Positions 24,510 to 38,520 of a DNA stretch of 64,000 nucleotides are shown here, piece after piece (positions within the stretch are counted from its first letter, which is position 1; the number at the start of each line of letters is the position of its first letter). The notes beneath the pieces were generated by a model, which did not search any database, was not told the origin of the DNA, and saw nothing but the letters and a program-made list of their open reading frames with translations. The DNA is from Octopus sinensis (lineage: Eukaryota). The stretch covers positions 73,532,001-73,596,000 of the forward strand of contig NC_043000.1 in NCBI RefSeq assembly GCF_006345805.1. Direction: 5' to 3'. A program made the translations under genes and the position numbers.

Positions 24510-27330
24510 CATCATCATCATTTAGCGTCCGTTTTCCATGCTAGCATGAGTTGGACGGTTTAACTGGGGTCTGTGAAGCCGGAAGGCTTCATCAGGCCCA
24601 GTCAGATTTGGCAGTGTTTCTACGGCTGGATGCCCTTCCTAACGCCAACCACTCCGTGAGTGTAGTGGGTGCTTTTTACGTGCCACCTGCACAGGTGCCA
24701 GACAGAGCTGGCAAACGGCCACGAACGGATGGTGTTTTTACGTGCCACTGGCACGGGGGCCAGGCGAGGCTGGCAACGGACACGAACGGATGGTGCTTTT
24801 ACGTGCTACCGGCACGGGGCCAGGCGAGACTGGCAACGGACACGAGCGGATGGTGCTTTTAAGTGCCAAATGCACGGGGGCCAGGCGAGGCTGGCAATGG
24901 ACACGAACAGATGGTGCTTTTACGTGCTACCGGCACGGGGCCAGGCGAGACTGGCAACGGACACGAGCGGATGGTGCTTTTACGTGCCAAATGCACGGGG
25001 GCCAGGCGAGGCTGGCAACGGACACGAACGGATGGTGCTTTTACGTGCTACCATTACGGGGGCCAGGTGAGGCTGGCAACGGTCACGAGCGGATGGTGCT
25101 TTTATGTGCCAACGGCACGGGGGCCAGGCGACGCTGGCAACGGACAAACGATCGGATGGTTCGCTTAACCACAGCTGCAATTTCCACTGATGTTGATTTG
25201 GTTTGATTTTGACTTTTCTCACTGGTCTTGCCGGGTCTTCTCACGCACAGCATACTTCCATAGGTCTCGGTCTCTAGTCATTTCCTTGGTGAGACCTAAA
25301 GTTCGAAGGTCGTGCTTCACCACCTCGTCCCAGTTTTTCCTGGGTCTACCTCTTCCACTAGAGTGTGGCACTTTTGCACACAAATATCTTCACCCATTCT
25401 CGTCACATGCCCATACCAGCGCAAACGTCTCTCTTGCACACCACAACTGATGCTTCTTAGGTTCAACTTTTCTCTCAAGGTACTTACACTTTGTCGATTA
25501 TGAACACTGACATTACACATCCATCGGAGCATACTGGCTTCATTTCTTGCAAGCTTACGCATATCCTCAGCAGTCACAGCCCATGTTTCACTACCATGTA
25601 GCATGGCTGTACGTACACATACATCATACAGTTTGCCTTTTACTCTGAGCGAGAGGCCTTTTGTCACCAGCAGGGGTAAGAGCTCTCTAACTTTGCCAGG
25701 CTATTCTTACTCTAGCAGTTACACTTTCAGCACACCCACCCCCCCCCGCACTGACTTGGTCACCTAGGTAGCGGAACTATCAACTACTTCTAATTTTTCT
25801 CCCTGGAACATAGTAGACGTGGTCTCTGCACATTTTCAGTGTTTATTGCTCCTGAGCATCTGCCACAGACAAAAACTATTTTCCTAGTTAGCCTTCTTTT
25901 GACATTGCTACACCTCTTGTGTCCATAGCTTGCACTTGGTGCACCTTATAGAGTTTCTACCTACACCTTTTTTACAGATCGAGCAGGGCCTACTAGGACT
26001 TTGGTTTTGGCTAGATTAATTCTGAGGCCCTTCGATTCTAGACCTTGCTTCCACACCTGAAACTTCTCCAGTTCTGATAGTGACTCAGCAATTAGAGCAA
26101 GGTCATCAGCATAGAGGAGCTCCCAGGGGCATCCTGTCTGGAATTCCTCCGTTATTGCCTGGAAGACTATGATAAATAGGAGGGGACTGAGGACTGAACC
26201 TTGGTGGACCCCCAACCTCTACCCAGAATTCTTCACTGTACTCGTTGCCAACCCTCACCTTACTAGCAGCGTTTCTGTACATGGCTCGCACAGCTCTAAC
26301 TAACCATTCATCTATCCCTAGTTTCCTCATTGACCACAAGATAAGGGACCGGAGAACCCTGTCGAAGGCTTTCTCTATGTCAACAAAAGCCAGGTACAGG
26401 GGCTTATCTTTTGCTAGGTATTTCTCCTGCAGCTATCATACCAGGAATATAGCATCAATAGTACTTCTCCCTGGCACGAACCCAAACTGCATCTCATCTA
26501 AGCTAATTCTCTCTCAAATTAGTTGGGCTATAACCCTCTCCGTAACCATTACCTGATCCAGCAGCTTGATACCCCTATAGTCTAGGGCGTCACCTTTACC
26601 TTTGTAGCAGTTGACTATTATGCTGCTACACCAGTCATTGGGTATGACTCCTTCATGTATCACCTGGTTAACTATACGGGTGAGTAGGCTATAGCCGACA
26701 CTACCAGATATTTTGAGCATCTCTGCAGTAATACCTGATGGGCCTGGGGCTTTCCCTGTTTTCATTCGGCAGACTCTCTTTATCCCATGCATTTTCCTCA
26801 TTCAGCAACCTTTCATAGTGGCGTCTCCAAACCTCTCTCCTTGCATCCTCATTTAGCGCAAGTGAACTGTCATCCTTGCGAACACATTTCTCTCCTACCA
26901 CGTCACGATTCTCTCTCACACACTGTCTTGCAACACGAAATACCTCAATTCTTTCATCCTCACGGCGCAGAACATTGGCAAATTTTCTCTTATCTGCTTC
27001 CCCTCTGGCTAAATACACCTGCCTCCTAGCTTCCCTTTGGTAGTCTGATACACTTCCCTGCTACCACCGTTCTTCCAAGCCTGTTTCTTCCAAGCCTGTT
27101 TCTTTTGCTAATAGCCCTGTCAACAATATTGTTCCACTACCACGTTATTTTGGGTCTTGAGGGGACTTTGCACCAGCCACAAATCTGGGCAGTGGCTTTC
27201 AGCAGGTTGTCCCTTAGAAGCGTCCAGGTGTCTTCTACCCCATGTGTAGCTATACCCCATTCTATTTCGTCAAAGGCTTCAAGTAATATGTCTCTAAAGT
27301 ATATATACTTCATCATGGTCATCATGGTTT
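24510..27330 (-). mobile_element. 5'-truncated RTE LINE with a complete 3' UTR and (GAT)n tail
   Basis: Same family as 13052-16490 (GVHQGSVLSPLLF, LLYADDL, KAPGPSG); catcatcat tail at 24510. Confidence 0.92.
24700..25150. repeat. ~60/61-bp GC-rich minisatellite (~7 units) in the RTE 3' UTR
   Basis: cacga(a/g)cggatggtgctttta(c/a)gtgc...ggggccaggcgag(a/g)ctggcaacgga repeated. Confidence 0.9.
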
Positions 27331-29050
27331 ATAAGCGATTAGGCTATTTTATATCCTTTTCTATGGCGTTCTACCATACCTGATCATTTTAATACCTTGT
27401 AATTGCCTTTAAATAAACCTAAATTTTTGTACCTCTATAAATTCATACTTAGCTTATATAAAACAATATGGGTATCTTCACAACTTAAAATTAAACTGCT
27501 TAGATTATAATTTAATTAAATTATAATTTGTTCTTTCGCCTCAATGCTAAATCTTGATAACACTAAATTTTAACTTTATACAATATGGCTATATTGTTTA
27601 AAATAGTTTTAGTAATTACTTCATTTATATTCTTTTAACCAATACCGAGTATCAGTCTTGATTGTAATAGACTAAATAAGTTAATAAACTATTTTTAATT
27701 CATAATACTTAAATTATTATACATTTTCTATAAATCTTCTCTATTGAAGTTATGGTTTTAGTGATTAGACTATCTTTATTCTTTTTCTATGGTGCTCTAC
27801 CCTATCTGATCATTTTATTATATTATAATAGCCTTTAATAAATCTAGTTTTTTGTACCCTTATTAATTCATACTTAGCCTATATGAGACAATACCATTAT
27901 CTCCACAACTTAAAATAATTCAATTTAATTAAATTAGTATATAGTTAACTTGTTCTTTAGCGTCAGTGCTCCTATATTAAATACCAGTAAAATCCAATTG
28001 ATTAATCTCCATAAACACCATCTAATAAGTTAATATTTAGATAAATAATAAGTATAAATATCCAACTATTTCTATGTAATTTTCTTTTCCACCCTCTATT
28101 GTGGTAAAATTTGGTATATACTCAAAAGTATTCAAAGAAGTTTTATCCTTTTGTTATAATATCATTCTTAATAATCTTCTTGACTACCCTAAATTTTAAC
28201 TTTATACAATATGGCAATATGGTTTGTAATGATCTTTCGAAATTACTTGAATTATCCCTTTCTTAAAGTGCTCTATCCTCCTGATCTTAGTATTTATAAG
28301 GCCTTTATATAAGTAGCCATTCTAGTACCCCTAAGAAACTATAAATATCATGTATGGAGTAACAATTATAACTTCTAAAACCTATAATATAACTCTTAGT
28401 TTTAAAAATAGTTTAAAATTAGAGTTCCTGTAAGGTCAATATTCCTTTAGCTAATACCAGGTATCAGTCATTATTGATACTAACTAAATAAGTAAATATA
28501 TAATTTTTAGTTTAGTATACTTTGAATTATTATACATTTTCTATAAATCTTTTCTATTGATGTTAATAAAGTATATATACTTTATCATGTTTTTAGTGAT
28601 TAAGCTATTTTAAGCTATGTTCTGCCTAACCTGATTATTTTATTTTTTAATTATTATATAATAGCCTTTATTTATTTATTTATTTATAAAATAAATCTAA
28701 TTTTTGTACCTGTATAAATTCATATTTAGCTTATATAAAACAATACTGGTATATTCACTACTTAAATAAACTGATTAGATTATGATTTAATTAATACATA
28801 GCATGTTCTTTTACCTCAGTACTCCCTTATTAAATACCAGTATTGATCAATATTCACAGATACCATCTGATAAGTTAGTATTTACATATATAGTATGTAT
28901 AAATATATTCTAGATAATTTCTTTTCCTCCCTCTATTGTGGTAAAAGTTTGGTATATACTCAAAAGTACTCAAAAAACTTTTTATCCTTTTGTTATAATA
29001 TTCTTCTTAATAATCTTCTGAATAACCCTAATCTTTAACTTTATACAATA
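27330..29050. repeat. AT-rich diverged tandem triplication (~830-bp period), origin unclear
   Basis: Blocks at ~27370/27800/28625, ~27640/28455 and ~28080/28910 align by eye. Confidence 0.65.
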
Positions 29051-29059
29051 TAACAAAAC

Positions 29060-29348
29060 CGCAGTACTTTTTTTAAACCTGGTACTTATTCTGTCAATCG
29101 CTCATGCTGAACCATTAACATAAACATGCCAAGATCATTGTCAAGTGGTGGTGGGGCACAGTCAGACACAAAGACATAGATATATACCCAATGAGCTTCT
29201 TACAGTTTCTGTCTACCTAATCCACTCACAGGGCTTTGGTCGGTCCAAGGCTATAGTAGAAGGCACTTACCTGAGGTACCATGCAGTCACACTGAACATG
29301 GACCCATTTGATTGGGAAACAAACTTCTTACCACACAGCCATGCCTGC
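29060..29348 (-). mobile_element. Old tRNA-SINE copy
   Basis: Minus strand gcaggcatggctgtgtggtaagaag head, followed by ttctactatagcc..gaccaaagcc..gtgagtggat..gtagac shared with 57500-57570. Confidence 0.75.
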
Positions 29349-29389
29349 TTTTTAAAAAACCCATGGAGAGTATTTTTGATCCCTTCTTA

Positions 29390-31360
29390 AGAACCATATT
29401 CAGTCATGTGACCTCAGAGGTTTCTTATCAATTGTGATGAATACAGGTTTGACAAAACACAAAAATTTCAGAACCATTCTATAATTGTTATATGAAGACA
29501 TCAGCTGACAACAAATTGATACCGCACCAGTTCTATAACTGTGAAGTTTTGGCCTGTCAAGAATTACCATTTGGAGGACACAATCAAACAAAAGAACCAG
29601 ATAAGGGTAATTTTCTGTCTATATGTGAAGCAGTATCAGAATAGAATGGTTGTTCAAGATCACATTTAGATTTCATGAACAAAACAAGATCATTTAATTG
29701 TATAGCTGCTACAAGTGAAGGTGAAATTAAGGTAATAATTAAAAATTGCATTTGTTGCTGTTATGTTTGATGAGACTTCAAATGAAATCTCAATTGTAGC
29801 ACATTTTGCTGTTTGTTGATGAGAAGGAAAGGCTCAAGAAAGCTTTTTGGAATATGTTGATGTCCATGAAGACAGAAAAGCTGCATTACTGACAGAAGAT
29901 CATAAATTTGTTAATGAATTCGACTGCTTCAAATTTATGACGGAGTGAATGTGATAGCTGGGCATTTGAATAGAGTGCAAACAAGAATAAAGGAGATTTT
30001 TTTGGTGCAAACATCATATTTGTACATTGTTATACACATTCACTTAATTTGGTAATCCCTCAACCAGCTTCAAATATTTGTGGATGTCAAATTTTCTTCC
30101 AAACATTAAAATAACTTTTTCTCAAAGTTGACAGAATGATAATTATCCATTTTGTCCAACAAAATTAGCACAGGCAAGGGGATTCACTACAATCCTGGAA
30201 GATTTTGCATTTAAACTTTTTTGTGGTATTTGAAACCATACTGAGTGGTGCAAAAATTCTGTTTGCAATTCTTCAAAACGTTTGCTTGATATTTCAAGGT
30301 GTATTTGTGAGGTTGAGAACTTCAAAAAAATAATTGGTTGATATTATCACATTTGGTGTAATTGTTGTATTAATCATGATGTGAAATTAGGCTAGCTGCA
30401 AACAGAAGCAAAACTCTTGAATATTTAATGTCTGAGTATTTAAGGGAAGGCTGAACATAAATACATACATGAATGATCAAATCTTCATTGGTAGGGAGAC
30501 TAAGATAAAGGGATCAACTTAACTGTGATTGTTTGGTCATTTGTTATGTTCAAGATGCAAGACTGTCAAATCTTGTTGAAACCTTGTCCTTGATTTGTTC
30601 TCTTCAAATGCCATGAGAGCTCTCGTTGATTTCTAGTGCTTAACTGTTTAACTGGAGAAAAAAGTTTGAATCTAAGGACATGAGATATTGGAACTGATGT
30701 TCTGAACTCATGCAAACCATTTATTTGCGGAAAAATGGTTTTTATGTTTAGATTGCATGTCCCAACTGGGGCCCACTCATGAGAGAAAGGGTTCTAATTC
30801 TAGGGCTCACTACAATTTTACTGTCAGATTTTGGATGCTGTGCCTGGACCACCAGAGAAATGTGGTTGACAGTATGAAGATATTGTTCACATTGAAACTT
30901 TTTCAAGCTTATGAAAATTTCATTTTCATGGAAGCATTTTCATCTATGGATGTCCATGAAAACATAGGTTTTAGATGGATTGTCACATGAGCTGAAATCA
31001 ATTTATGTTGTAGATTTTGCAAAGCCAGTGTCAAACATCTGAAAAGATGTAGATATAACATGAGAGCTTAAACTAAATCTGGCCAAAGTAACAGAATTAC
31101 TACATCTGATTCTGACCATATCTGCCACATTTGCTCCCTGTGAGAACACTTTCTTCATTAAAGTGAGTAAATAATTATATGAGGTGTTCTCAAAGTGAAG
31201 AGAAATTGAATAATTTGGTCTTTATTTCCATAAATAATGAAGTTTTGAAAATGACTGTAGAGCATGGTGCTCCACATGGTGCTGATGCAATTTATACCAA
31301 AGTGATAGATGCATTTGCCAAGAAGAAATGAAGAATTGAACTGATTTACATATAAATTTT
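29390..31360 (+). mobile_element. Decayed hAT-family transposase (ZMYM1-like)
   Basis: FDETSN..., FVHCYTHSLNLV and a C-terminal dimerisation-like stretch (..CENTF..NNYMRCSQSEEKLNNLVFISIN..IDAFAKKK..IELIY) across frameshifts. Confidence 0.7.
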
Positions 31361-31719
31361 AAATAACTCATTAATTGTAGGTTCTGTTATTCACTCAGAT
31401 TTCAATTGTAACCAATAACAATCATCGTGGCAAGCTCTTCACCAGGGTCAGGGTATTGGTAATGGAGGAACATCGCATCCAATGGAGAGGAGTATCAAGC
31501 TTAATGCATAACCTGCTGGTAGAAGAGCATTTCACATTAAAATTAGTTCATATCACATTCACAGATGGAGTTGGTGGAGGAGAAAATAGCCTTTGTGATG
31601 GGGAGAGTAGGGCTCCACTTACCTTCCTCTCTGCCTTGGTAATTGGCTTGGATCAGACTGGTATATAAGAAGTAAATATATGGCACAACGAAGTACCGAT
31701 ATTTATTGGAATATATTTA

Positions 31720-31753
<34 letters not shown>

Positions 31754-31889
31754 TGTATGTGTATACAGTTGTAATTTCTTTTCTATATTTATTTATTCAC
31801 TTCTGCTTTTCTTTTTAAATATATATATATATATAATATATATATATATATATTTAAAAAGAAAAGCAGAAGTGAATAAATAAATACAC

Positions 31890-33628
31890 ACACATATATC
31901 TTGAATGTCTCGCAAATTGGTTTTCGAACAGAAAATTCGAGATGAAAATGCCTTGGTTTTTGAACAACATTGCCAAATCAAGTTAATTCTAACAGAATCA
32001 TTTCTGAGTTGACTGCCACGTTGTGTACATTGTGCTGTGCTTTTCTTTTCTAATTTTATTGAACTGTACCTTTTTTCCTTCTCGAAGTGAAATGTTATTG
32101 CTTATTTTTATGAGAAATAGTTAGCACGTGACAGAATCAGTAAAGCATTTATTTGTGAGAGAGCATTAAATGTTTATAATGTTCTAGTAAAAAAAAACAA
32201 CCCTGGTACAAGTGCTGAAAGTGATACTTTTGAATTCAAAGGTAGCAGAGTCTGGTTCAAGAAATTTAAGAAAAGAAGTGAAATACACAGGCATCGAGAG
32301 GTGGTGAGTTCAAACAAGGAAGCGGCTAAAAAATTTGTGATTGAATTTAGTGACTTGATAAAGGAAGGAGGTTATCTCCCCCAACAGGTGTTTAACGGGG
32401 GATGAAACAGGATTATTTCGGAAATGAGTGCCAAATAGGACCTCTATTACTAAAGAAGAAAAAGCATTGCCAGGGCACAAGTCAATGAAAGATAAACTCA
32501 CTCTTTTGCTATGTGGTGATGCACATGGTGATTTCAAGGTCAAGCCATTGTTTGTTTACCATTCCAATAATCTGAAGGTTTTCAAAAGAAACAATGCTAT
32601 GAAGAGTAAATTGCCTGTTATGTGGTGGGCTAATTTTTTATTGAGTGGATTCATGAAGATTTTGCCTCAAGTGTTAAAAAATGTGTAAGAAAAATCTTGC
32701 CACTAAAATGCCTTCTTGTGTTAGACAATGATCCCGCTCACCTAGTTTTGGAGGATGACTGAGTTGAAGTGTTTGATTTTATTCAGGTCAAATACCTGCT
32801 ACCTAGCACAAGTCCTCTAATACAACTAATGGACCAACAGGTCATTGCAAACTTTAAGAAACTTTACACAAAAGCCTTGTTTCAAAAGTGTTTTCAATTT
32901 ACTAATGACACGCAGTTAATTCTCAGAGAATTTTGGAAAAATCATTTCAATTCCTGAATTGTGTTAATCTTATTGATGCATGGAACCAAGTGAGTTTCAG
33001 AACCATGAATTCAGCATGAAGGAAACATTGGCCAGATTGTGTACCAGAACGAGACTTTGAGGGGTTTGAGACAGGATACAAGTACTGCTACTGTTGAGGA
33101 AATTGCTATTGTTGATGATGTTGTCTCTATGGGAAAAACTATTGGCTTTGATGTCGATAGTGAAGATATTTGTGCTACATGGGGTGATGTGCAATGTTTT
33201 GTGGAAAAATATCCCTCTGATACAATGGTAGCAAATAGAGCAATGACAATGTCATGTCTCATTTTAGAAACGTTTTACAATGCAGGCAAAAACTACTTAC
33301 ATTGGAAAGGTTTTTACTGAAAGAAAAAAGAAAAGATTTACCTGAGCCAAAGAGACAAAGAAGGGAAGAAAACCCCGAAAGACATTTACCAGAACTTTTT
33401 ACCCTCCTAAGAAATAATACATTTTTGTATGTTATTTACAGTTTGAATAAATGATTTTATACTAAAATATATGGTGTAAGCATGTAAATAAGCATTCATC
33501 TGGTGTTTGGAAATGAATTAATCTCTTTTACATTAATTTTAATGGGAAAAAATGATTCTGTTCTGAAACAATTTGGTTTCCGAACAGACTTTCAGAACAA
33601 ATTATGGTCAAGAACCGAGGTGGCTCTG
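31890..33628 (+). mobile_element. Decayed pogo/Tigger-like DNA transposon
   Basis: DETGLF-like segment, RTSITKEEKALPGHKSMKDKLTLLLCG, LVLDNDPAH, YLLPSTSPLIQLMDQQVIANFKKLY. Right TIR gaaccgaggtggctctg|ta. Confidence 0.8.
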
Positions 33629-33849
33629 TATATATATCGTACATTATATACCCTTATATCCCCTGTTTATTAATCGTTGGCAAATTTTCCCCATTCTTCA
33701 TCATCATGGGGGTTCGCTTCTTGCTACTTCTTGCTACTATCTATTTATTTGATCATACCAGTAAGTTATACAAGAGCATTTTTGTTGCTCTTTCCAGCAA
33801 ATAACTTACAACCATCTTTAGATTATTGTTAGCTGCTTATATTCAGCTG

Positions 33850-34680
33850 GCATCGACCACATTTGGATGGTGCTTTTTACGTGCCACCAGGACAGGGAGC
33901 CAGTCAGGTGACACTCTCAATGACCTATGCATGCTTGGTGCTTATTGCGTGCTACCAGCATGAAGCCAGTCAGGTGACACTGGCATCACCTACAACTATG
34001 ATTTCCATTTGATTGTGATTAGGTGATTAGGTTAGATTTGATTTTGATTTTGATTTTGATTTTACTTGACCTCCTCAGCATAGCATGTCACCCAATGATT
34101 CAAAGGCACTTTTTAAATGGGCTGTTTATGTGACACTGGAGTAAGCTATGGCTGTGATCTCACTTTACTTGCCAGGTCTTCTCAATCACAGCATATCTCC
34201 AGAAGTCACAGTCCTTCATCATTGCCTCTGTTCGAAGGTCATGCTTCACCACCTCATCCCATGTCTTCCTGGGTCTCCCTCTTCCATGGGTTCCTTCCAC
34301 TGTTAGGGAATGACACTTCTTCACACAGCTTTCCTTATCCATATGCAGCACATGACCATACCAGTGCAGTTGTCTCTCTTGCACACCACATCCAATGCTT
34401 CTCTCGGGATGCTTACACTCTGTCGTGTATGCACACTGACATTATACATCGAGCGGATCATGCTAGCTTCATTTCTTCCAAGCCTACGCATGTCTTCAGC
34501 AGTCACGGCCCATGGTTCACTGCTGTGTAGCATGGCAATTCACACACATGCATCATACAATCTACCTTTCACTCTGAGCGAGAGGCCCTTTGTCACCAGT
34601 AGAAGTAGGAGATTTCTGAACTTTGCCCAGTCTATTCTTAATCTAGTGGCAACGCTCACTGAGCATCCACCCCCCACTAC
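33850..34680 (-). mobile_element. RTE LINE 3' fragment
   Basis: GRGRPRKTWDEVVKHDL, LHSSEPWAVTAEDMRRL; same family as 13 kb and 25 kb. Confidence 0.85.
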
Positions 34681-36049
34681 AGTATGGCTATTTTCCAGTT
34701 CCTTTCACTGCTTTTAACATCTATGATAAGTTTCCTTACCATTATGATCCACCCACATACCAAGTTCGATTCTTTTGGTCTGCTGTTGTGAATTTTTGAA
34801 TCTGTTTCAAAAGTAATTTTTCTGTTTCTCACGGCCGGAGAATGAGGAAACTTGAAACTTTTTCAACTATATGGCAATTTCTGCATCCCACATTCTTCGC
34901 CACTTTTCTTCAGCTCTGTTCCTCAGAAATTGCAAGGTTAGAATTTCTGGATAAGATTTTGGCAGTTTGCATCTTCTTTCTCTCACCTTTGACTTGTGTC
35001 TTGAGTCATTATTTCTCAATGGTTCTATACCTTACTTTTAAACTCAGTGCCATGTCATGATTGCTATTCACTGTTGCCACCTTTTGGGATCACCATTTGC
35101 TAACCGTCATACAACATCATATACATTTAGCAGCATTTTTGAACTTTACAAACACTTGACCATTGACATTTTGAATAAACAGCATTTCTTCCTTCACAAT
35201 ACCAGCAGACCATTTTTTTACCTCTGTCATCAACACTACTAAAATTTATTTCAACCAGTTTACAAATGAAAGTTTCAAATCCCAGATTTGTTAATTATGC
35301 TTTGTTCAGTGTATGGCTTACACCATTTTACCACTGCAAGTCCAGCTTCTCATGATCATCATTGCACCAGCTCAACTTTTGCCACTGCAAGTTAATTGCT
35401 AACTTACAGTGTTACAGCCTTTATCATATTGTCATTTTCTTCGTATATGAAGTTGCGAGACTAAACCTTTGTAGAAGAATTTTCCTGCATGTACTTTCAC
35501 AATGTTTTCACCCTCAGTCTGCATGCACACTATACAAATCATGAACTTTCCATATTTTTGCATCGTTGGATTCAATTTCTGTGGACTTTCTAAAAACTTG
35601 CATGACTTGAACTAACTTGAACATAAACTAGAGCTTTTCCTTAGTTTGCTCCTAGTTTGGCATGGCTGTTGCATGTATTTATTAACTTTTGCTTTGCATT
35701 TGCTTAGTTTTGTGTATCACTTAATTTTTAATTTTTCAGAACGTCTATTCACATACATATTTTTTTTATGAATATTCTGTGCACGCATATATATTGATAA
35801 TTAAATTTCAATTAAATGTAACATTTGATCACTTGTTTTCTTTATTCAAAATTCGGACAGAACTTAGGGGATGACCTGATAGAATGTATTTTTATGTAGT
35901 AAATATATAGTTCTTGAATTTATTCTTCATCTCTATATGAACTCTTGTAATAATATACATGCAGCTACCTCAACACCTTGTACTGACTATATATTTCCAC
36001 TACTTACTAGGACTTTGGCTTTGCAACATTGCCCTTTGATTTTAAACCT

Positions 36050-36560
36050 TGCTTCCACACCTGAAATTTTTTCTCTCCTCCTCCTATTCATTCTTCACAT
36101 TCAGCAGGCTTTAATAATGGCTTCTCCAAGCCTTTTTACTTTGCAGAATCATTAAAGCAAGTGCTACATCATCCATGCAGACACATTTTTCTCCTGTGAC
36201 ATCACAATTTTCTCTCACACACTGACTTGCAATCTGAAATACTTCAGTTCTTTGGTCCTCAGGTCACTGGACATTGGCAAACTTCTTTTTTACTTCTCCC
36301 TTAGCTGAGTATAACTGTTTCCCAGCCTCCCTTCTGGCTATCTGGCACAGTTCCCTGCTACCCACATCCTTCCAGGCTTTTTAGGCCTGCCTGTTTCTTT
36401 GTTCTAATGGCCTTGTCTACTGTATTATTCCAACACCACATTACTCTAAGTTTTGAAGGGACTTTGCTCCAGCTACAGATTTGGCCTGTGGCACACAGTA
36501 AGCTGTCCCAGTAAGCTGTCCCGTAAGAATTTCCAGTTACCCCCTATGCACCTGTTACAA
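36050..36560 (-). mobile_element. Old RTE LINE internal fragment
   Basis: Similar to ~15150-15560 (catccatgcagacacattttctcc..., gggactttgc). Confidence 0.65.
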
Positions 36561-37559
36561 AATGATGTAACATGGTTTCTTTAGTGGTTTTTGAGGCAGT
36601 CACCCATTGCACCCATGTATGCATACGCATGTGCATTGGTTTCCACTTTATATTTGTATATAATGTTCTTGTGCAAACAGTTATTCTCTAGAGAACATAC
36701 ATTTTTGTCTCTACAGTTGCACTTTTTAGTCTCAATTTTGTATCCAGGCTTCCCCTTATTGTATTCCGTATTCCTAATTTATTTAATAGTGTTGATGTTA
36801 TTGTTATACCTACTTCTGTCATTTGGGACTATGTCTCCTGTAACGTCATCTTGATACTTTTCAATCCTGTTTTTTTATATCAATCCCCTCTGCTGTACTA
36901 ATCTTGATATTGGACTATTGCACTACTGAAAAATAAATTCAAGTTTACCTCACAAGTACTGCTGTGGATCCACTGTGGAATCTCTTGGCCTCCACCCATT
37001 GTCATGCCCCTATAGTACTGGCCATCTCTCACACGATGCTGTCCCTAATGAAATCATAAAGCATGGCCTAAATGCCTCACTTCCTTTCCCAGCCCAATCC
37101 AGTGGGGCTAGACCAAGGGGATGGTAAAAGGCATGATGGTGTGACAATTTTCCCACTCTGTGGTGATAGGCCCCTTATCTGGTATGCTGTTAAAGAAATT
37201 CCATACTCAGGTGAATTTTAAAATTAAACTGATTGTGAAACCGGCACAATAACTAGCTACTAAAGAAGAAAATATTTCCTTCTCTACCTACTATAAAGAG
37301 AGTTGGTCTATAATTTCAGGAAACTTGTTCTACAAGAAAGAAAAGGAGGCCTATATTAACAGTTAAGGGAGTTTAGAACTACTGAAAATGAAATTATTGA
37401 AAGATGCTGGTTTCACTTCTAAATATACAAGGAAGCTATTGTTAATAAATAAAAGAAAAAGAACAGATTCTACTTGTAACTGTGAATGAGACTGGTTTCA
37501 GAAAATCATCTAAAGTGAGTTTTTATAGTTATACTCACTGAATGTCACTTTTATACAGC

Positions 37560-37960
37560 TAGTGAGAGATTTCAGCTTGAGTGTATTTCATTGAATGTAA
37601 AGTATGGTATGGGATGCATTTTTATCTGCATGCATTGGTGAGTTTATAAAGCATGCACTGTCAATTATTGCATTGGAATAACTAAAATTGTTAAAGAGAA
37701 AATTATTTCCCACTTTGAAAAAATTATTTCTAGAGAAAAAAAAATGCAAGGTCATTTTTCAACAAGATAATGCTTTTGTTCATACTTCAAAAGCAAGAAA
37801 AAGCAAGAAAAAGATTGCTGAGAAATGTTCTGGTTATCATCATAGTGTAGAATTTAAATTCCATCAAGAATATTTGGGCACCTATTGAGAAGAAACTTAC
37901 TACAAGAAAATTTGCTAACTCTGATGGCATTAAGAAGTTGTAAAACATGGATTCAACAAT
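37560..37960 (+). mobile_element. Tc1-like transposase DDE fragment
   Basis: VIFQQDNAFVHTSK and a degraded SPDLNPIENIW-like segment. Confidence 0.55.
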
Positions 37961-38520
37961 ATTTGATACCCACTGCAGAAAAAAAAACTGACTTTATTCT
38001 AAGTTGATTTATAATCTTTCCAAAGGTTATGCAAAAGAACTTCATCATTACTTGCTTGGAAATTATTTGCTGTCTGTCATTCCTTTTGTAAGACATTGCA
38101 CCATATTGCACCATATTACCATATTCTCATTTTTTTTTCACTATTGAAATTGCATTGCTCATAATTTTGATGTGCATGATTTATCAGTAGGAAGAGGGAA
38201 AAGCATACATCATGTTCTACCTCTGAAAAGTTATAAATAAGACGGTTATTTTATAATATCTTCATCTATATATAGCTATGTCACAAAACTTATTAAAGGT
38301 AATAAAAATAGAAGGCTGGGAGACAGATCTTTTATATACACATATACATTTGTGTAAAAGACACACAGAAATATAATAATAAATCTACTTTCACACACCT
38401 AGACAGATATTTATCATACTGTACATACAATAATAAAACATACATAAAAATGTATGCCTATATACATACACATTTTTACACCCATACCTACATCTACTTC
38501 TATATATCTATCTACACACA

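Noticed and set aside
24700-25150. CRISPR-like array
   Set aside because: There are no unique spacers; it is a eukaryotic minisatellite within an RTE 3' UTR.
27950-27972. ggagcactgacgctaaagaac resembling the 16.7-kb hammerhead without stem II
   Set aside because: No stem II or stem I partner can be formed; the resemblance may be chance.
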